Shown: positions 19,001-29,160, numbered from the stretch's first letter. The stretch is 64,000 bases of DNA from Flavobacterium sp. (GCF_031423415.1 NZ_JANPFL010000001.1:3566-67565), one strand, 5' to 3'. A program made the numbers and translations. Notes: generated from the letters alone by a model not told the origin.

Positions 19001-20590
19001 TTCTGCGCCCGACTTGAAATAATATTCCTGATTGGGCAAGCCAAAACGATACCCTCGACCTCGACCTATCGGTGTAGATTGCTTTTCGCCCTCTTTTACA
19101 CACAATAAAATATCGTGGGCATTGGCGTTGTCTTTCTCAATGTAAAAAGTATTATTCGTCGCCACAATTTTGACATCGTGTTTTTTGGCTAGTGAAATTA
19201 AACCTTCATTCACCCGATTTTCGTCTTCTTGATTGTGACGCATTACTTCGATGTAAAAATCTGTGCCAAATTCTTGTTTCCACCAAAGTAATGCTTCTTC
19301 GGCTTGGTTTTCGCCCAAATTCAAAATCTTGTTTGGGATTTCCCCATACAAATTACCTGACAATACAATGATGTCTTCTTTGTATTGTTGAATGATTTTT
19401 CTATCTATTCTCGGTACATAATAAAACCCTTCGGTGTATCCAATGGAAGACATTTTAGCTAAATTATGGTAGCCTTTTTTGGTCTTCGCCAAAAGCACAA
19501 TTTGGTAACCATTGTCTTTGTGAGACTTATTTTTATGATCTTCACAAACAAAAAATTCGCAGCCAACTATAGGTTTTATCGGAACTTCAGTAGGTTCTTC
19601 ACCCTTGTCAACGGCTTCCTTATTCTTGGCTTCAGCCGCTTTATTGTGGTACAAAATATCACGAACAAAGTGAAAAGCACCCATTAAATTAGCGTGATCG
19701 GTTATCGCCACTGCAGGCATTTTTTGTTGCGAAGTTGCTTTAACCAATGCCGCTACGCTAATCGTGGACTGCAAAACAGAAAATTGAGTATGATTGTGCA
19801 AATGCACAAAATCTGTGTCAATTAAACTTTGCTTATTATCTGAAAGTTCCCGCTTTGAAATAGGTGCCGTTTGTTGACCACCCAATTTTTGACGAATTTT
19901 ATCAGATGCTTCCTTTAAATTTATATGTTGCAATCCAATAAGTTGAATTGCTTTTGGATTTTTTAATTGGAAATCCTCGAAGTACTCTTGCTCAACATCA
20001 AGATCCTTTATGGTGAAAACTTGGGTACGAATTAATTCGAAAAAACAACGTGTTGTTGCCTCGACATCGGCAGTGGCGTTGTGTGCTTCGGAGAAAGGTT
20101 TGTTGAAAAGGTATTGATGTAATTCGGTTAATGTTGGTAATTTGAATTTTCCACCACGGCCTCCGGGCAATTTCAATAATGAGGCGGTAATTTCGGTACA
20201 GGTATCAAGAATCGGCATCGAACTCATTGGACTTTCGACACCCAATCTATAAAATTCGCAACCCATAATATTGACATCAAAACCTAGATTCTGACCCACA
20301 ATAAACTTGGTTTTCGACAAGGCAATATTGAATTTCTCCAAAACTTCGGCCAAAGGAATTCCTTCCGTTTCGGCTAATTCAGTTGAAATACCGTGAATTC
20401 TTTCGGCATCATACGGAATATTGAATCCTTCTGGCTTGACCAAATAGTCCTGATGCTCAATAAGTTTTCCCATAGCATCGTGGAGTTGCCAAGCGATTTG
20501 AATACATCTTGGCCAGTTGTCCGTATCAGAAATGGGTGCCCCCCAACGCTTTGGTAATCCTGTGGTTTCGGTATCGAATATTAAGTACAT
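16010..20590 (-). CDS. dnaE: DNA polymerase III alpha subunit with an N-terminal DEDDh 3'-5' exonuclease domain
   Basis: FDTETTG exonuclease, HLHNHT PHP, GPGRGSAAGS, PDIDIDFD, YAFNKSH. Confidence 0.97.
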   Translation of the reverse strand: MYLIFDTETTGLPKRWGAPISDTDNWPRCIQIAWQLHDAMGKLIEHQDYLVKPEGFNIPYDAERIHGISTELAETEGIPLAEVLEKFNIALSKTKFIVGQNLGFDVNIMGCEFYRLGVESPMSSMPILDTCTEITASLLKLPGGRGGKFKLPTLTELHQYLFNKPFSEAHNATADVEATTRCFFELIRTQVFTIKDLDVEQEYFEDFQLKNPKAIQLIGLQHINLKEASDKIRQKLGGQQTAPISKRELSDNKQSLIDTDFVHLHNHTQFSVLQSTISVAALVKATSQQKMPAVAITDHANLMGAFHFVRDILYHNKAAEAKNKEAVDKGEEPTEVPIKPIVGCEFFVCEDHKNKSHKDNGYQIVLLAKTKKGYHNLAKMSSIGYTEGFYYVPRIDRKIIQQYKEDIIVLSGNLYGEIPNKILNLGENQAEEALLWWKQEFGTDFYIEVMRHNQEDENRVNEGLISLAKKHDVKIVATNNTFYIEKDNANAHDILLCVKEGEKQSTPIGRGRGYRFGLPNQEYYFKSGAEMKKNFNDLPEAISNISEIVDKIEIYNLAREVLLPKFEIPIEFNIPQDAIDGGVRGENSYLKNLTFIGANKRYKEITPEIQERLDFELLTIENSGYPGYFLIVQDFIAAARKMGVSVGPGRGSAAGSVVAYCLGITNIDPLLYNLLFERFLNPDRVSLPDIDIDFDDEGRSKVMDYVINKYGSKQVAQIITYGTMAAKSAIRDTARVLDLPLFEADKIAKLIPNLIPSKWSLSRFLKDAEGDIKKILRPEDFEKIKELIGISKEDDLSGETIQQAKVLEGNLRNTGIHACGVIITPSDITDFVPVATAKDSDLYVTQFDNSVVESAGLLKMDFLGLKTLTLIKDTVKLVKYRSNIDLDPDEFPIDDVKTYELFQRGETVGIFQYESPGMQKYLKELKPTVFPDLIAMNALYRPGPIAYIPSFVKRKNGEEDIVYDLDVCEELLKDTYGITVYQEQVMLLSQKLADFSKGDADVLRKAMGKKQKDVLDKMKPKFISQAVAKGHPEDKLEKIWKDWEAFAEYAFNKSHSTCYAWIAYQTAYLKANYPAEYMAAVLSNNMSDIKQVSFFMEECKRMGLKVLGPDVNESFYKFTVNDDYAVRFGMGAVKGVGSGAVATIVENRKTTKYKSIFDLTKRIDLRAANKKALENLALAGGFDSFTGVTRAQYFHDDGDGITFYEKAIRYGAKFQENENSSQVSLFGESSDVQIAEPIVPPCEDWSTMEKLAKEKEVVGIYISGHPLDDFRYEMKYFCNSKLESLKDLNQFVNKNLTFGGIISNVQHRIAKNGKGWALFHLEGYDESYEFKIFGEEYMKYRHYLIPNSFTYIKILVKEGWPNKETGKKGDPLIQFSEFKMLQDVFDNFAKKLNILLDIKDLNSEFISKLNTVFQSNKGNNSVTFDIVELENEIKKVEKLPEILEVEEKADALLFDAEIPDESVVFTEYFSGDDELIMEEPIAEPVTTVTETKVITRISMPSRKLKIKISNELLMELEKMEVDFKLN

Positions 20591-20768
20591 AGTTTTGAAA
20601 ATTCCAATGATAAAATAACAAATTCCAATCTAAGATAAACGTAAAATGCTGATTTATAAACTATAAAAAGCATCCAATTACAAATTAGTTGAATTTCAAA
20701 TTTAGAATTTTTTACTCGAAAAAAACAGGGAAGTTATTAACAAAAAATGGTGTTTATAAAATAAATAG

Positions 20769-20942
20769 ATCGTTCCTACGTCAACGGATTAATCCCGAAA
20801 GCTTCAGGACGTTGCTACAACATAAACCGGCCTAAGGAACTTTCACCGATAGAGCCATAGGCTCGAAACAAATTGTAGGGATGGATTTTAATCCATCCAA
20901 AATTTGACGAAACCAAAAAAAGAACCGTAGGTTTCGACCCGT
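20769..20942. repeat. Cluster of degenerate REP-like palindromic elements with one nested insertion
   Basis: cgttcctacg; caacggatt-aatc[ccgaaagcttcagga]cgttgctac; ggatggattttaatccatcc; agagccataggctc; gaaccgtaggtttcgacc. Confidence 0.6.
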
Positions 20943-21415
20943 ATTACCAATTTCAATAACTAAAGTTTTTCAAAAAAACCTGAATTGACCTCAAAAATTT
21001 ACCTCTTCTCATTTTTTGGATGTCGTAGTATTTTTGCAAAAAAATTGGTCAATTCGACATTAAAAACATCAATTTTACTTCACTTTATTGGAACTTAAAA
21101 AGCCTAAAAATAGTTTTTTTAGACAACTGAAAAAAAGCAATCAAAGCATTATCATTATTAATTTTCGCCTAAATCCTACATTTTATTAAACTATTTATAA
21201 CCAAAACGGCTATTCGCAGTATAATTTTAGTAAAACTATAAACTCAAAAAGTCCTTGTGGTAACATTTAAAATAATGACAACATTAAAATTAATGTCTAA
21301 ATCAAAATGTAAAATTAAATCCCAAACTATTATATAGAAGCTATAAAGTGTCGTAAAACCATTTTGGGTATCGTATATAAGTAAATAATAAAATTGACAA
21401 ATTTATTTCTTTTTC

Positions 21416-21423
21416 TAGATTTG
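21416..21423 (+). promoter_or_regulatory. -7 promoter element for the leu operon
   Basis: TAGATTTG with TTG at 21394-21396 (19-nt spacer). Confidence 0.65.
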
Positions 21424-21472
21424 CTCCTATTGTTCTAAAAACAGAAAGATATTTTAATAAAAATAGTTAAAA

Positions 21473-22867
21473 ATGAGTACTACATTATTCGACAAAGTAT
21501 GGGATTCGCACGTGGTGCGTCAAATTGAAGATGGACCAGACGTGTTTTTTATTGACCGTCATTTCATTCACGAAGTTACCAGTCCTGTTGCTTTTTTAGG
21601 TTTAAAAGAAAGAGGAATTTCGGTTTTATATCCAGAACGCACTTTTGCAACTGCCGATCACAACACACCAACCATAAACCAACATTTACCTGTTGAAGAC
21701 GCATTGTCTGCCAATCAGCTAAAAGCATTGGAAGATAACGCAGCAGAATATGGTATTTCCCACTGGGGATTGGGACATAAAAAAAATGGAATTGTACACG
21801 TGGTAGGTCCAGAAAACGGAATTACTTTACCGGGTGCAACCATCGTTTGCGGAGATTCTCATACTTCAACTCACGGAGCTTTTGGCTGTATCGCTTTTGG
21901 AATTGGAACTTCTGAGGTTGAAATGGTGCTGTCAACTCAATGTATTATGCAACCGAAACCGAAGAAAATGCGTATCAACGTAAATGGTGAATTGAGTAAA
22001 GGCGTGGGTCCAAAAGATGTGGCTTTGTATATTATTTCAAAATTGACTACTTCTGGAGGTACAGGATATTTTGCAGAATATGCAGGAAATGTTTTTGAAG
22101 ATATGTCAATGGAAGGCCGTATGACCGTTTGTAATTTGAGTATCGAAATGGGCGCTCGTGGCGGTATGATTGCTCCTGATCAAAAAACTTTCGATTTCTT
22201 AGAAGGAAGATTATATGCTCCAAAAGGAGAAGCTTGGACAAAAGCGGTTGAATATTGGAAAACATTGAAAACAGATGCTGATGCAGTTTTTGACGCGGAA
22301 TTGAATATCGATGCAGCAGATATTGAACCAATGATTACTTATGGTACAAATCCTGGAATGGGAATTGGCATCACTAAAAATATTCCAAGCGCCAACCAAG
22401 TAGAAGGTGGTGCCGAAACATACAAAAAATCTTTGGCTTATATGGGCTTTGAAGAAAATGACGTAATGATTGGAAAACCAATCGATTTTGTTTTCTTAGG
22501 AAGTTGCACCAATGGACGAATTGAAGATTTCAGAGCTTTTACAGAAATTGTAAAAGGACGCAAAAAAGCAGATAATGTTACGGCTTGGTTAGTGCCAGGT
22601 TCCCACGTTGTGGAAGCGCAGATTAAAGAAGAGGGTCTTTTGGATATTCTTACCGAATCTGGTTTTGTATTGCGTCAACCTGGTTGTTCGGCTTGTTTGG
22701 CAATGAATGACGATAAAGTTCCTGCAGGGAAATATGCAGTAAGTACCTCGAATAGAAACTTCGAAGGTCGTCAAGGTCCAGGTTCAAGAACTTTGTTAGC
22801 GTCTCCAATTATGGCAGCGGCAGCAGCAGTTACAGGGAAATTGACAGATCCTAGAGATTTATTTTAA
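21473..22867 (+). CDS. leuC: 3-isopropylmalate dehydratase large subunit
   Basis: [40 protein letters not shown]. Confidence 0.98.
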   Translation: MSTTLFDKVWDSHVVRQIEDGPDVFFIDRHFIHEVTSPVAFLGLKERGISVLYPERTFATADHNTPTINQHLPVEDALSANQLKALEDNAAEYGISHWGLGHKKNGIVHVVGPENGITLPGATIVCGDSHTSTHGAFGCIAFGIGTSEVEMVLSTQCIMQPKPKKMRINVNGELSKGVGPKDVALYIISKLTTSGGTGYFAEYAGNVFEDMSMEGRMTVCNLSIEMGARGGMIAPDQKTFDFLEGRLYAPKGEAWTKAVEYWKTLKTDADAVFDAELNIDAADIEPMITYGTNPGMGIGITKNIPSANQVEGGAETYKKSLAYMGFEENDVMIGKPIDFVFLGSCTNGRIEDFRAFTEIVKGRKKADNVTAWLVPGSHVVEAQIKEEGLLDILTESGFVLRQPGCSACLAMNDDKVPAGKYAVSTSNRNFEGRQGPGSRTLLASPIMAAAAAVTGKLTDPRDLF

Positions 22868-22944
22868 TTGAATTTCAATAACAATATAAAAAGAAAATAA
22901 AAAATAAAAAATGTTTTAGTTTTTAAGATTCTGCTTTCCATAAG

Positions 22945-22979
22945 AAACCTAAAACCTAAAACCTGAAACCTGAAACCTA
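22945..22979. repeat. Five tandem heptamers AAACCT(A/G) between leuC and leuD
   Basis: aaaccta aaaccta aaacctg aaacctg aaaccta. Confidence 0.85.
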
Positions 22980-22984
22980 AAAAA

Positions 22985-23581
22985 ATGGCATACGATAAAT
23001 TTAATATCCTTACGAGTAGCGCAGTGCCGTTACCAATAGAAAACGTAGATACAGATCAAATTATTCCAGCTCGTTTCCTGAAAGCAACAAAACGTGAAGG
23101 TTTTGGAGACAACCTTTTTAGAGACTGGAGATACAATGGAGACAATACTCCAAAAGCGGATTTCGTTTTAAACGACAACACCTACAGCGGAAAAATTCTT
23201 GTGGGTGGAAAAAACTTCGGTTCGGGTTCTTCAAGAGAGCACGCAGCTTGGGCAGTTTATGATTACGGATTTCGCGCAGTTGTTTCTAGTTTCTTTGCCG
23301 ATATCTTTAAAGGAAATTGTTTGAATATTGGTGTTTTGCCCGTTCAAGTGAGTCCAGAATTTGCAGAAACTATTTTCAAAGCGATTGAAGCAGACCCAAA
23401 AACAGAATTGGAAATCAACCTTACAGAACAAACGATTTCGCTTAAAGCCACTGGCGAAGAAGAATCATTTGACATTTCTGGGTACAAAAAAGATAATATG
23501 ATTAATGGTTTTGATGATATTGATTATTTGCAAAACATCAAAAAGGAAATTGTGGAATTTGCCAATCAATTGCCTTATTAA
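22985..23581 (+). CDS. leuD: 3-isopropylmalate dehydratase small subunit
   Basis: NVDTDQIIPARFL, NFGSGSSREHA. Confidence 0.98.
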   Translation: MAYDKFNILTSSAVPLPIENVDTDQIIPARFLKATKREGFGDNLFRDWRYNGDNTPKADFVLNDNTYSGKILVGGKNFGSGSSREHAAWAVYDYGFRAVVSSFFADIFKGNCLNIGVLPVQVSPEFAETIFKAIEADPKTELEINLTEQTISLKATGEEESFDISGYKKDNMINGFDDIDYLQNIKKEIVEFANQLPY

Positions 23582-23584
23582 AAA

Positions 23585-23887
23585 ATGATTCTAGAAGTTG
23601 CTATACTTTTCGTAAAAAAAGGAGAAGAAAAACAATTTGAAAACGACTTTAAGATTGCGAGTCAATATATAAGTTCAATTCAAGGATATTCAGGACATAG
23701 TTTACGAAAGTGCATCGAACAGGAAAATAAATACATTTTACTGGTTGATTGGGAAAAATTGGAAGACCATACTATTGGTTTTAGACAATCCCAACCGTAT
23801 TTAGAATGGAAGAAATTGCTTCATCATTATTATGATCCGTTTCCAGTTGTGGAACATTTTGAGATGATTTTGGAGAATAAAAAATAG
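23585..23887 (+). CDS. Antibiotic biosynthesis monooxygenase (ABM) family protein
   Basis: MILEVAIL...F.......I....GY....L...E....Y.LLV.W..LEDH..GFR.S..Y..WK.LLHH.Y pattern. Confidence 0.85.
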   Translation: MILEVAILFVKKGEEKQFENDFKIASQYISSIQGYSGHSLRKCIEQENKYILLVDWEKLEDHTIGFRQSQPYLEWKKLLHHYYDPFPVVEHFEMILENKK

Positions 23888-23924
23888 GTTGTCACCTAAA
23901 GCTTGCTTTAGCATCAAATTTAAA

Positions 23925-25448
23925 ATGGAAAAAAGAAAAATTGAAATAATGGATACGACGCTTCGCGATGGGGAACAAACCTCGGGAGTATCATTTTCTG
24001 CTGCAGAAAAATTAACCATTGCCCAATTGCTGCTCGAAGAATTACATATTGACAGAATAGAAATCGCTTCGGCGCGAGTTAGCGAAGGCGAATTTCAAGC
24101 TGTAAAAGGCATCACAGCTTGGGCAAAAACCAAAGGATATTGCAATAGAATCGAAGTTTTATCATTTGTCGATGGCGGAATATCTATTGAATGGATGAAA
24201 AAAGCGGGCACCAAAGTTCAGAATTTATTAACCAAAGGTTCGATGAATCATTTGACGCATCAATTAAAGAAAACACCAGAACAACATTTTGCTGAGATAG
24301 CGCAAATCATTGCTTTGGCCAAAGAAAATGATATTGAAACCAATATTTATTTAGAAGATTGGAGCAACGGAATGAAAAATTCCCAAGACTATGTATTTCA
24401 GTTTTTAGACTTTTTAGCCACGCAACCTGTCAAAAGAATATTATTACCCGATACTTTAGGCGTGCTAATTCCATCGCAGACATTTGAATATATTTCGAAA
24501 ATTAAGCTGCGATATCCAACGATACATTTTGATTTTCACGCTCATAATGATTATGATTTAAGCGTTGCCAATGTTTTAGAAGCTATAAAAGCAGGAATCA
24601 ATGGCTTGCACGTTACGGTAAATGGAATGGGCGAACGAGCCGGAAATGCGCCAATAGAAAGTGTGGTTGCGGTAATAAATGATTTTATGCCTGAAGTAAA
24701 AATTAACGTTAAAGAATCTTCATTGTACTCGGTGAGTAAACTAGTTGAAACTTTTACTGGTTATCGAATTCCCGCCAACAAACCTATTGTAGGCGATAAT
24801 GTTTTTACTCAAACAGCTGGAATTCACGCTGATGGAGACAATAAAAATAATTTATATTTCAATGATTTACTCCCTGAACGTTTTGGCAGAAAGCGAAAAT
24901 ATGCTTTAGGAAAAACATCTGGAAAAGCTAATATCGAAAAAAATCTTCAAGAATTAGGACTGCAACTCAATCAAGAAGATTTAAAATTGGTTACCCAAAG
25001 AATCATTGAATTAGGCGACAAAAAAGAAACCGTTACCAAAGAAGACTTACCTTATATTATTTCTGATGTTTTGGATAGTCAAACGTATGAAGACAAAATC
25101 GTTATTGAATCCTATGTATTGGTTCATTCTAAAGGATTTCAACCTTCAACCTCATTGCAATTAAAAATAGACGGTGAAATTATTGAAGAACACGCTCAAG
25201 GCGATGGTCAATTTGACGCTTTTATGAATGCATTGACCAAGATATACAAAAGTAAAAAACTTACTTTACCAAAATTAATTGATTATGCTGTTCGAATTCC
25301 ACCAGGTAGTAGTTCGGACGCTTTGTGCGAAACCATTATCACTTGGACTAATAATGGAAAAGAATTCAAAACTAGAGGATTGGATTCGGATCAAACTGTA
25401 GCAGCAATCAAAGCGACACAGAAAATGTTGAATGTGGTTTCGAATTAA
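23925..25448 (+). CDS. cimA: Citramalate synthase / LeuA-family synthase (start moved to ATG at 23925)
   Basis: DTTLRDGEQ, HAHND, GERAGN, C-terminal regulatory domain GDGQFDAF; resembles the Bacteroidota/Leptospira CimA type rather than canonical LeuA. Confidence 0.8.
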   Translation: MEKRKIEIMDTTLRDGEQTSGVSFSAAEKLTIAQLLLEELHIDRIEIASARVSEGEFQAVKGITAWAKTKGYCNRIEVLSFVDGGISIEWMKKAGTKVQNLLTKGSMNHLTHQLKKTPEQHFAEIAQIIALAKENDIETNIYLEDWSNGMKNSQDYVFQFLDFLATQPVKRILLPDTLGVLIPSQTFEYISKIKLRYPTIHFDFHAHNDYDLSVANVLEAIKAGINGLHVTVNGMGERAGNAPIESVVAVINDFMPEVKINVKESSLYSVSKLVETFTGYRIPANKPIVGDNVFTQTAGIHADGDNKNNLYFNDLLPERFGRKRKYALGKTSGKANIEKNLQELGLQLNQEDLKLVTQRIIELGDKKETVTKEDLPYIISDVLDSQTYEDKIVIESYVLVHSKGFQPSTSLQLKIDGEIIEEHAQGDGQFDAFMNALTKIYKSKKLTLPKLIDYAVRIPPGSSSDALCETIITWTNNGKEFKTRGLDSDQTVAAIKATQKMLNVVSN

Positions 25449-25458
25449 AAAATGATAT

Positions 25459-25521
25459 GATTTAAAGATTGAAAAATTTAAACTCCAATCTTTAAATCTT
25501 TAAATAATTCAATCTTTAAAT
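25459..25521. repeat. Octamer-periodic inverted repeat (AATCTTTA) between cimA and leuB
   Basis: gatttaaagattgaaaaattta ... aatcttta aatcttta aataattc aatcttta aat. Confidence 0.7.
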
Positions 25522-25536
25522 AAAAAATAATTTATA

Positions 25537-26598
25537 ATGAAATTTAACATCGCCCTATTAGCTGGAGACGGAATCGGACCAGAAGTTGTAAATGAAGCTG
25601 TAAAAGTTTCGGATGCTATTGCTAAAAAATTCAATCACGAAATCACTTGGACACCTGCATTGACAGGAGCTTGCGCTATTGATGCAGTAGGAGTTCCTTA
25701 TCCAGACGAAACTCACGAAATCTGTATGAAAGCCGATGCGGTTTTGTTTGGCGCTATCGGACATCCAAAATATGATAATGATCCAAGTGCTCCTGTTAGA
25801 CCAGAGCAAGGACTATTATTGATGCGTAAAAAATTAGGTTTGTTTGCCAATGTACGTCCAACCTTTACCTTCCCGTCTTTGATTGACAATTCTCCTTTAA
25901 AAAGAGAAAGAATCGAAGGAACGGATTTGGTTTTCTTAAGAGAATTGACTGGTGGAATTTATTTTGGTGAAAAAGGAAGAAAAGACGGTGGCGAAACTGC
26001 TTTTGATACTTGTACGTATACCAGAGCCGAAGTACAGCGTTTGGCTAAAAAAGGATTCGAATTGGCTATGACACGTTCTAAAAAATTGTGTTGTGTAGAT
26101 AAAGCTAACGTTTTGGAAACATCACGTTTGTGGAGAGAAACCGTTCAAGCTATGGAAAAAGACTATCCAGAAGTGACCGTTTCTTACGAATTTGTGGATG
26201 CGGTGGCAATGCGTTTGGTACAATGGCCAAATTCTTATGACGTATTAATCACTGAAAACTTATTTGGTGATATTTTGACTGACGAAGCATCAGTAATTTC
26301 AGGTTCTATGGGATTAATGCCATCAGCATCTGTGGGAGAACACACTTCATTATACGAACCAATTCATGGTTCATATCCGCAAGCCACAGGATTAAATATT
26401 GCTAATCCGTTGGCAACCGTATTATCAGCGGCAATGATGTTTGAAGATGCTTTTGGATTAAAAGAAGAAGCTGAAGAAATAAGAGCTGTAGTCAACAAAT
26501 CATTAGAACAAGGAATTGTTACTGAAGATTTAGTTGATAAAGGAGCAAAAGCCTATTCCACTAGCGAAGTTGGTGATTGGTTGGTAGCTAATTTATAA
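25537..26598 (+). CDS. leuB: 3-isopropylmalate dehydrogenase
   Basis: GDGIGPEV, RELTGGIYFG, DKANVL, NLFGDILTD, EPIHGS. Confidence 0.98.
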   Translation: MKFNIALLAGDGIGPEVVNEAVKVSDAIAKKFNHEITWTPALTGACAIDAVGVPYPDETHEICMKADAVLFGAIGHPKYDNDPSAPVRPEQGLLLMRKKLGLFANVRPTFTFPSLIDNSPLKRERIEGTDLVFLRELTGGIYFGEKGRKDGGETAFDTCTYTRAEVQRLAKKGFELAMTRSKKLCCVDKANVLETSRLWRETVQAMEKDYPEVTVSYEFVDAVAMRLVQWPNSYDVLITENLFGDILTDEASVISGSMGLMPSASVGEHTSLYEPIHGSYPQATGLNIANPLATVLSAAMMFEDAFGLKEEAEEIRAVVNKSLEQGIVTEDLVDKGAKAYSTSEVGDWLVANL

Positions 26599-26619
26599 AA
26601 ATAAAATCCTCTTTCAGTT

Positions 26620-26650
26620 CCCTCTCCTTCGGAGAGGGCGGAGGGTCAGG
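26620..26650. repeat. GC-rich C(TTCG)G hairpin repeat element
   Basis: ccctctcc-ttc-ggagaggg followed by cggagggtcagg; separate from the adjacent terminator. Confidence 0.6.
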
Positions 26651-26654
26651 AAAC

Positions 26655-26689
26655 AAAAAAGGTGTCAATTTTCATTGACACCTTTTTTT
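26655..26689. terminator. Bidirectional terminator between leuB and the RRM gene
   Basis: aaaaaaggtgtcaat-tttc-attgacacctttttt. Confidence 0.88.
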
Positions 26690-26707
26690 ATATGATTGAA
26701 AAGAATA

Positions 26708-27070
26708 TTAATATCTTCCTCCTCTGTCTCCACCTCCACGGTTATCTCCACCACGGCTGTTTCCACCACCATAACCTCCGCGTGATTCTCCACCACGGTT
26801 GCTATTAAAACTTCTTCTTTCGCCTTCTGGTTTTGGCTCAGACTTATTCACTACAATAGCACGACCTTGAACAGTCGCTCCGTTTAACTCATCAATTGCT
26901 TTTTGAGCTTCGTCATCACTTGGCATTTCAACAAAACCGAATCCTTTACTTCTTCCAGTAAACTTATCAGTAATAATTTTTACAGAATCAACTGCACCGT
27001 AAGCCTCGAAAGACTCTCTTAAATCTGCTTCCTCAATACTGAACGGAAGGCTTCCAACAAAAATATTCAT
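26708..27070 (-). CDS. RRM RNA-binding protein with a Gly/Arg-rich tail
   Basis: RNP2 IFVGSL, RNP1 KGFGFVEM, RGG tail; TACATTTG promoter at 27096-27103. Confidence 0.93.
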   Translation of the reverse strand: MNIFVGSLPFSIEEADLRESFEAYGAVDSVKIITDKFTGRSKGFGFVEMPSDDEAQKAIDELNGATVQGRAIVVNKSEPKPEGERRSFNSNRGGESRGGYGGGNSRGGDNRGGGDRGGRY

Positions 27071-27186
27071 ATGTACTTATTTAGTATAATTTTTACAAAT
27101 GTAATATTATTTTTTTCTAATCTACTACACATTAGATTAATTATGATTTTTTTATCAAAATTAGGGTGCTACAGGCGCTGAAGTAT

Positions 27187-27663
27187 TTAAAGATTTGTAA
27201 CAATAGGTACTTTATAAAAGTGACCATGTTGAAAATTCAAAATTGCTCCTTCCGGAGAACCTATTTCATTATTCTCCGCATTAAATTTAAAGGTACCTGT
27301 AACAGTATTATTAATGGCATCATATTCTTCAACTACAATCTCTCCATTCCCAATTCCAATTCCAGTAGAAAAAGTAATTGCTCCATTAGAGCCTGTTAAA
27401 ACATAAGTAGCCATTTTTGAAGTACTAGTACCCAAAGGATACGTTTGTGCGTTTGTAGAAGAAGTCTTCAAAGTTACAACTTCATTTTTTGTATATGCTT
27501 CAATTGTTAAAGAACCTCCGGCACTAATTGAAGCTCTGGCATTAACTGCTCTCCAAAACAGGTTGTCTTTTTGTCCTTCAAAAGCAGGATTATTAAACTT
27601 AACATTGTCGCTACAAGAAATAAAAACGATAAATAGAAATAAATATAAGAACTGTTTTTTCAT
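27187..27663 (-). CDS. Lipoprotein, DUF6252-like
   Basis: Lipobox FISC; NTVTGTFKFNA beta-strand pattern; TACTTTTG promoter at 27740-27747. Confidence 0.7.
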   Translation of the reverse strand: MKKQFLYLFLFIVFISCSDNVKFNNPAFEGQKDNLFWRAVNARASISAGGSLTIEAYTKNEVVTLKTSSTNAQTYPLGTSTSKMATYVLTGSNGAITFSTGIGIGNGEIVVEEYDAINNTVTGTFKFNAENNEIGSPEGAILNFQHGHFYKVPIVTNL

Positions 27664-27860
27664 TCGAAGATACTATTTGATTTTTATTTGAAAATGGAAT
27701 TCGCTAATCTCATTTTATAATTTGAGTCGTTAACTTTCACAAAAGTATATCATTTTAATCAAAAAATTAAAGTTGAACTGAAAATTCACTTAGAAAATCA
27801 ACATAATACAGTGTCAATCATTAAAATACAAATTGAATTAGTATTTATTGATAAAAAGTG

Positions 27861-27868
27861 TATATTTG
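27861..27868 (+). promoter_or_regulatory. -7 promoter element for rpsP-rimM
   Basis: TATATTTG. Confidence 0.7.
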
Positions 27869-27917
27869 CACCCTTAATTAATCGAGGTCGAGTACCTCAA
27901 AATTTAATCATTAGATT

Positions 27918-28619
27918 ATGTCAGTAAAAATTAGATTACAAAGACACGGTAAAAAACAAAAACCGTTTTACTGGGTTGTAGCAGCAGATGCTCGCTCAAA
28001 AAGAGATGGTAAATACCTAGAAAAAATTGGTACTTACAATCCAAACACAAATCCTGCAACTATCGAATTGAACTTGGATAGCGCAGTAAAATGGTTGCAC
28101 AATGGTGCTCAACCTACTGATACCGCAAAAGCGATTCTTTCTTACAAAGGCGCTTTATTGAAACACCACCTTGATGGAGGTATTCGTAAAGGAGCATTGA
28201 CTCAAGAACAAGCTGACGCAAAATTAGCTGCTTGGTTAGAAGCTAAAGCTGGAAAAGTAGATGCTAAAAAAGAAGGTTTGACAAAAGCGCAAGCTGATGC
28301 TAAAACCAAAGCTTTCAAAGCGGAACAAGATGTAAATGCAAAACGTTTAGCTGCCGCTGCTCAAGCTGAAGCTGATGCTATTGCTGCTGCAACTCCTGCT
28401 GTTGAAGAAGAAGAAATTGCTGAAGTAGAAGAAGTAGAAGCTATTGCCGAAGAAGTTGCCGTTGAGGAAACTCCTGCTGCGGAAGAAGCTCCTGTTGCCG
28501 AAGTTGAAACAGCTGCTGAAGAAGTTACAGTTGAAGAAACTCCTGCTGCCGAAGTTGAAACTGCTAATGAAGAAGTTACAGAAGAAGCTCCTGCTGCCGA
28601 AAAAACACCAGAAGCATAA
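27918..28619 (+). CDS. rpsP: 30S ribosomal protein S16 with a long Ala/Glu-rich C-terminal extension
   Basis: VKIRLQRHGKKQKPFY.VVAAD.R..RDGK..E.IGTYNP; followed by rimM. Confidence 0.97.
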   Translation: MSVKIRLQRHGKKQKPFYWVVAADARSKRDGKYLEKIGTYNPNTNPATIELNLDSAVKWLHNGAQPTDTAKAILSYKGALLKHHLDGGIRKGALTQEQADAKLAAWLEAKAGKVDAKKEGLTKAQADAKTKAFKAEQDVNAKRLAAAAQAEADAIAAATPAVEEEEIAEVEEVEAIAEEVAVEETPAAEEAPVAEVETAAEEVTVEETPAAEVETANEEVTEEAPAAEKTPEA

Positions 28620-28634
28620 TTTTAGTAGGCGAAA

Positions 28635-29159
28635 ATGCGTAAAGAGGATTGTTTCTATTTAGGTAAAATCGCAAAAAAATTTAGTTTCAAAGGGGAAGTC
28701 TTAGCCTATTTAGATACAGACGAACCGGAGTTATACGAAAACTTGGAATCAGTGTTTGTTGAATGTAACAAACACTTGGTTCCATTTTTTATTGAAACTA
28801 GCTCGTTGCACAAAAACGATTTCCTCAGAATTCGTTTTGAAGATGTAAATACCGAAGAAGAGGCCGATGCTTTGCTCGGAAATGATTTATACCTTCCATT
28901 AAAAATGTTACCTAAACTTACGGGTAACAAATTCTATTTCCACGAAGTAATTGGTTTTGAAGTAGAAGACAAACGATTGGGATATGTTGGAGAAATTCAA
29001 TCCATCAACGACACTACGGCACAACCACTTTTTGAAGTTCTAAAAGACGGAGCCGAAATATTAATTCCAATGATTGACCATTTCTTGGTTAAAATTGACC
29101 GAGAAAATAAAAAAGTAATGATGGATTTACCAGAGGGACTTATAGAAATGTACCTCTAA
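28635..29159 (+). CDS. rimM: Ribosome maturation factor RimM
   Basis: LGKI.K....KGEV, FYFHEVIG, ILIPM, LPEGL; follows rpsP. Confidence 0.95.
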   Translation: MRKEDCFYLGKIAKKFSFKGEVLAYLDTDEPELYENLESVFVECNKHLVPFFIETSSLHKNDFLRIRFEDVNTEEEADALLGNDLYLPLKMLPKLTGNKFYFHEVIGFEVEDKRLGYVGEIQSINDTTAQPLFEVLKDGAEILIPMIDHFLVKIDRENKKVMMDLPEGLIEMYL

Positions 29160-29160
29160 G

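Noticed and set aside
16010-20590. Exonuclease-DnaE fusion and acidic C-terminal insert; possible intein
   Set aside because: The N-terminal DEDDh fusion is usual in this phylum, and I see no intein terminal motifs or LAGLIDADG block.
28360-28619. Ala/Glu/Pro repeats at the end of S16 as a novelty, and overlapping ORF 28444-28662
   Set aside because: Long low-complexity S16 tails are common in Bacteroidota; the overlapping ORF is a shifted reading of the same repeat.
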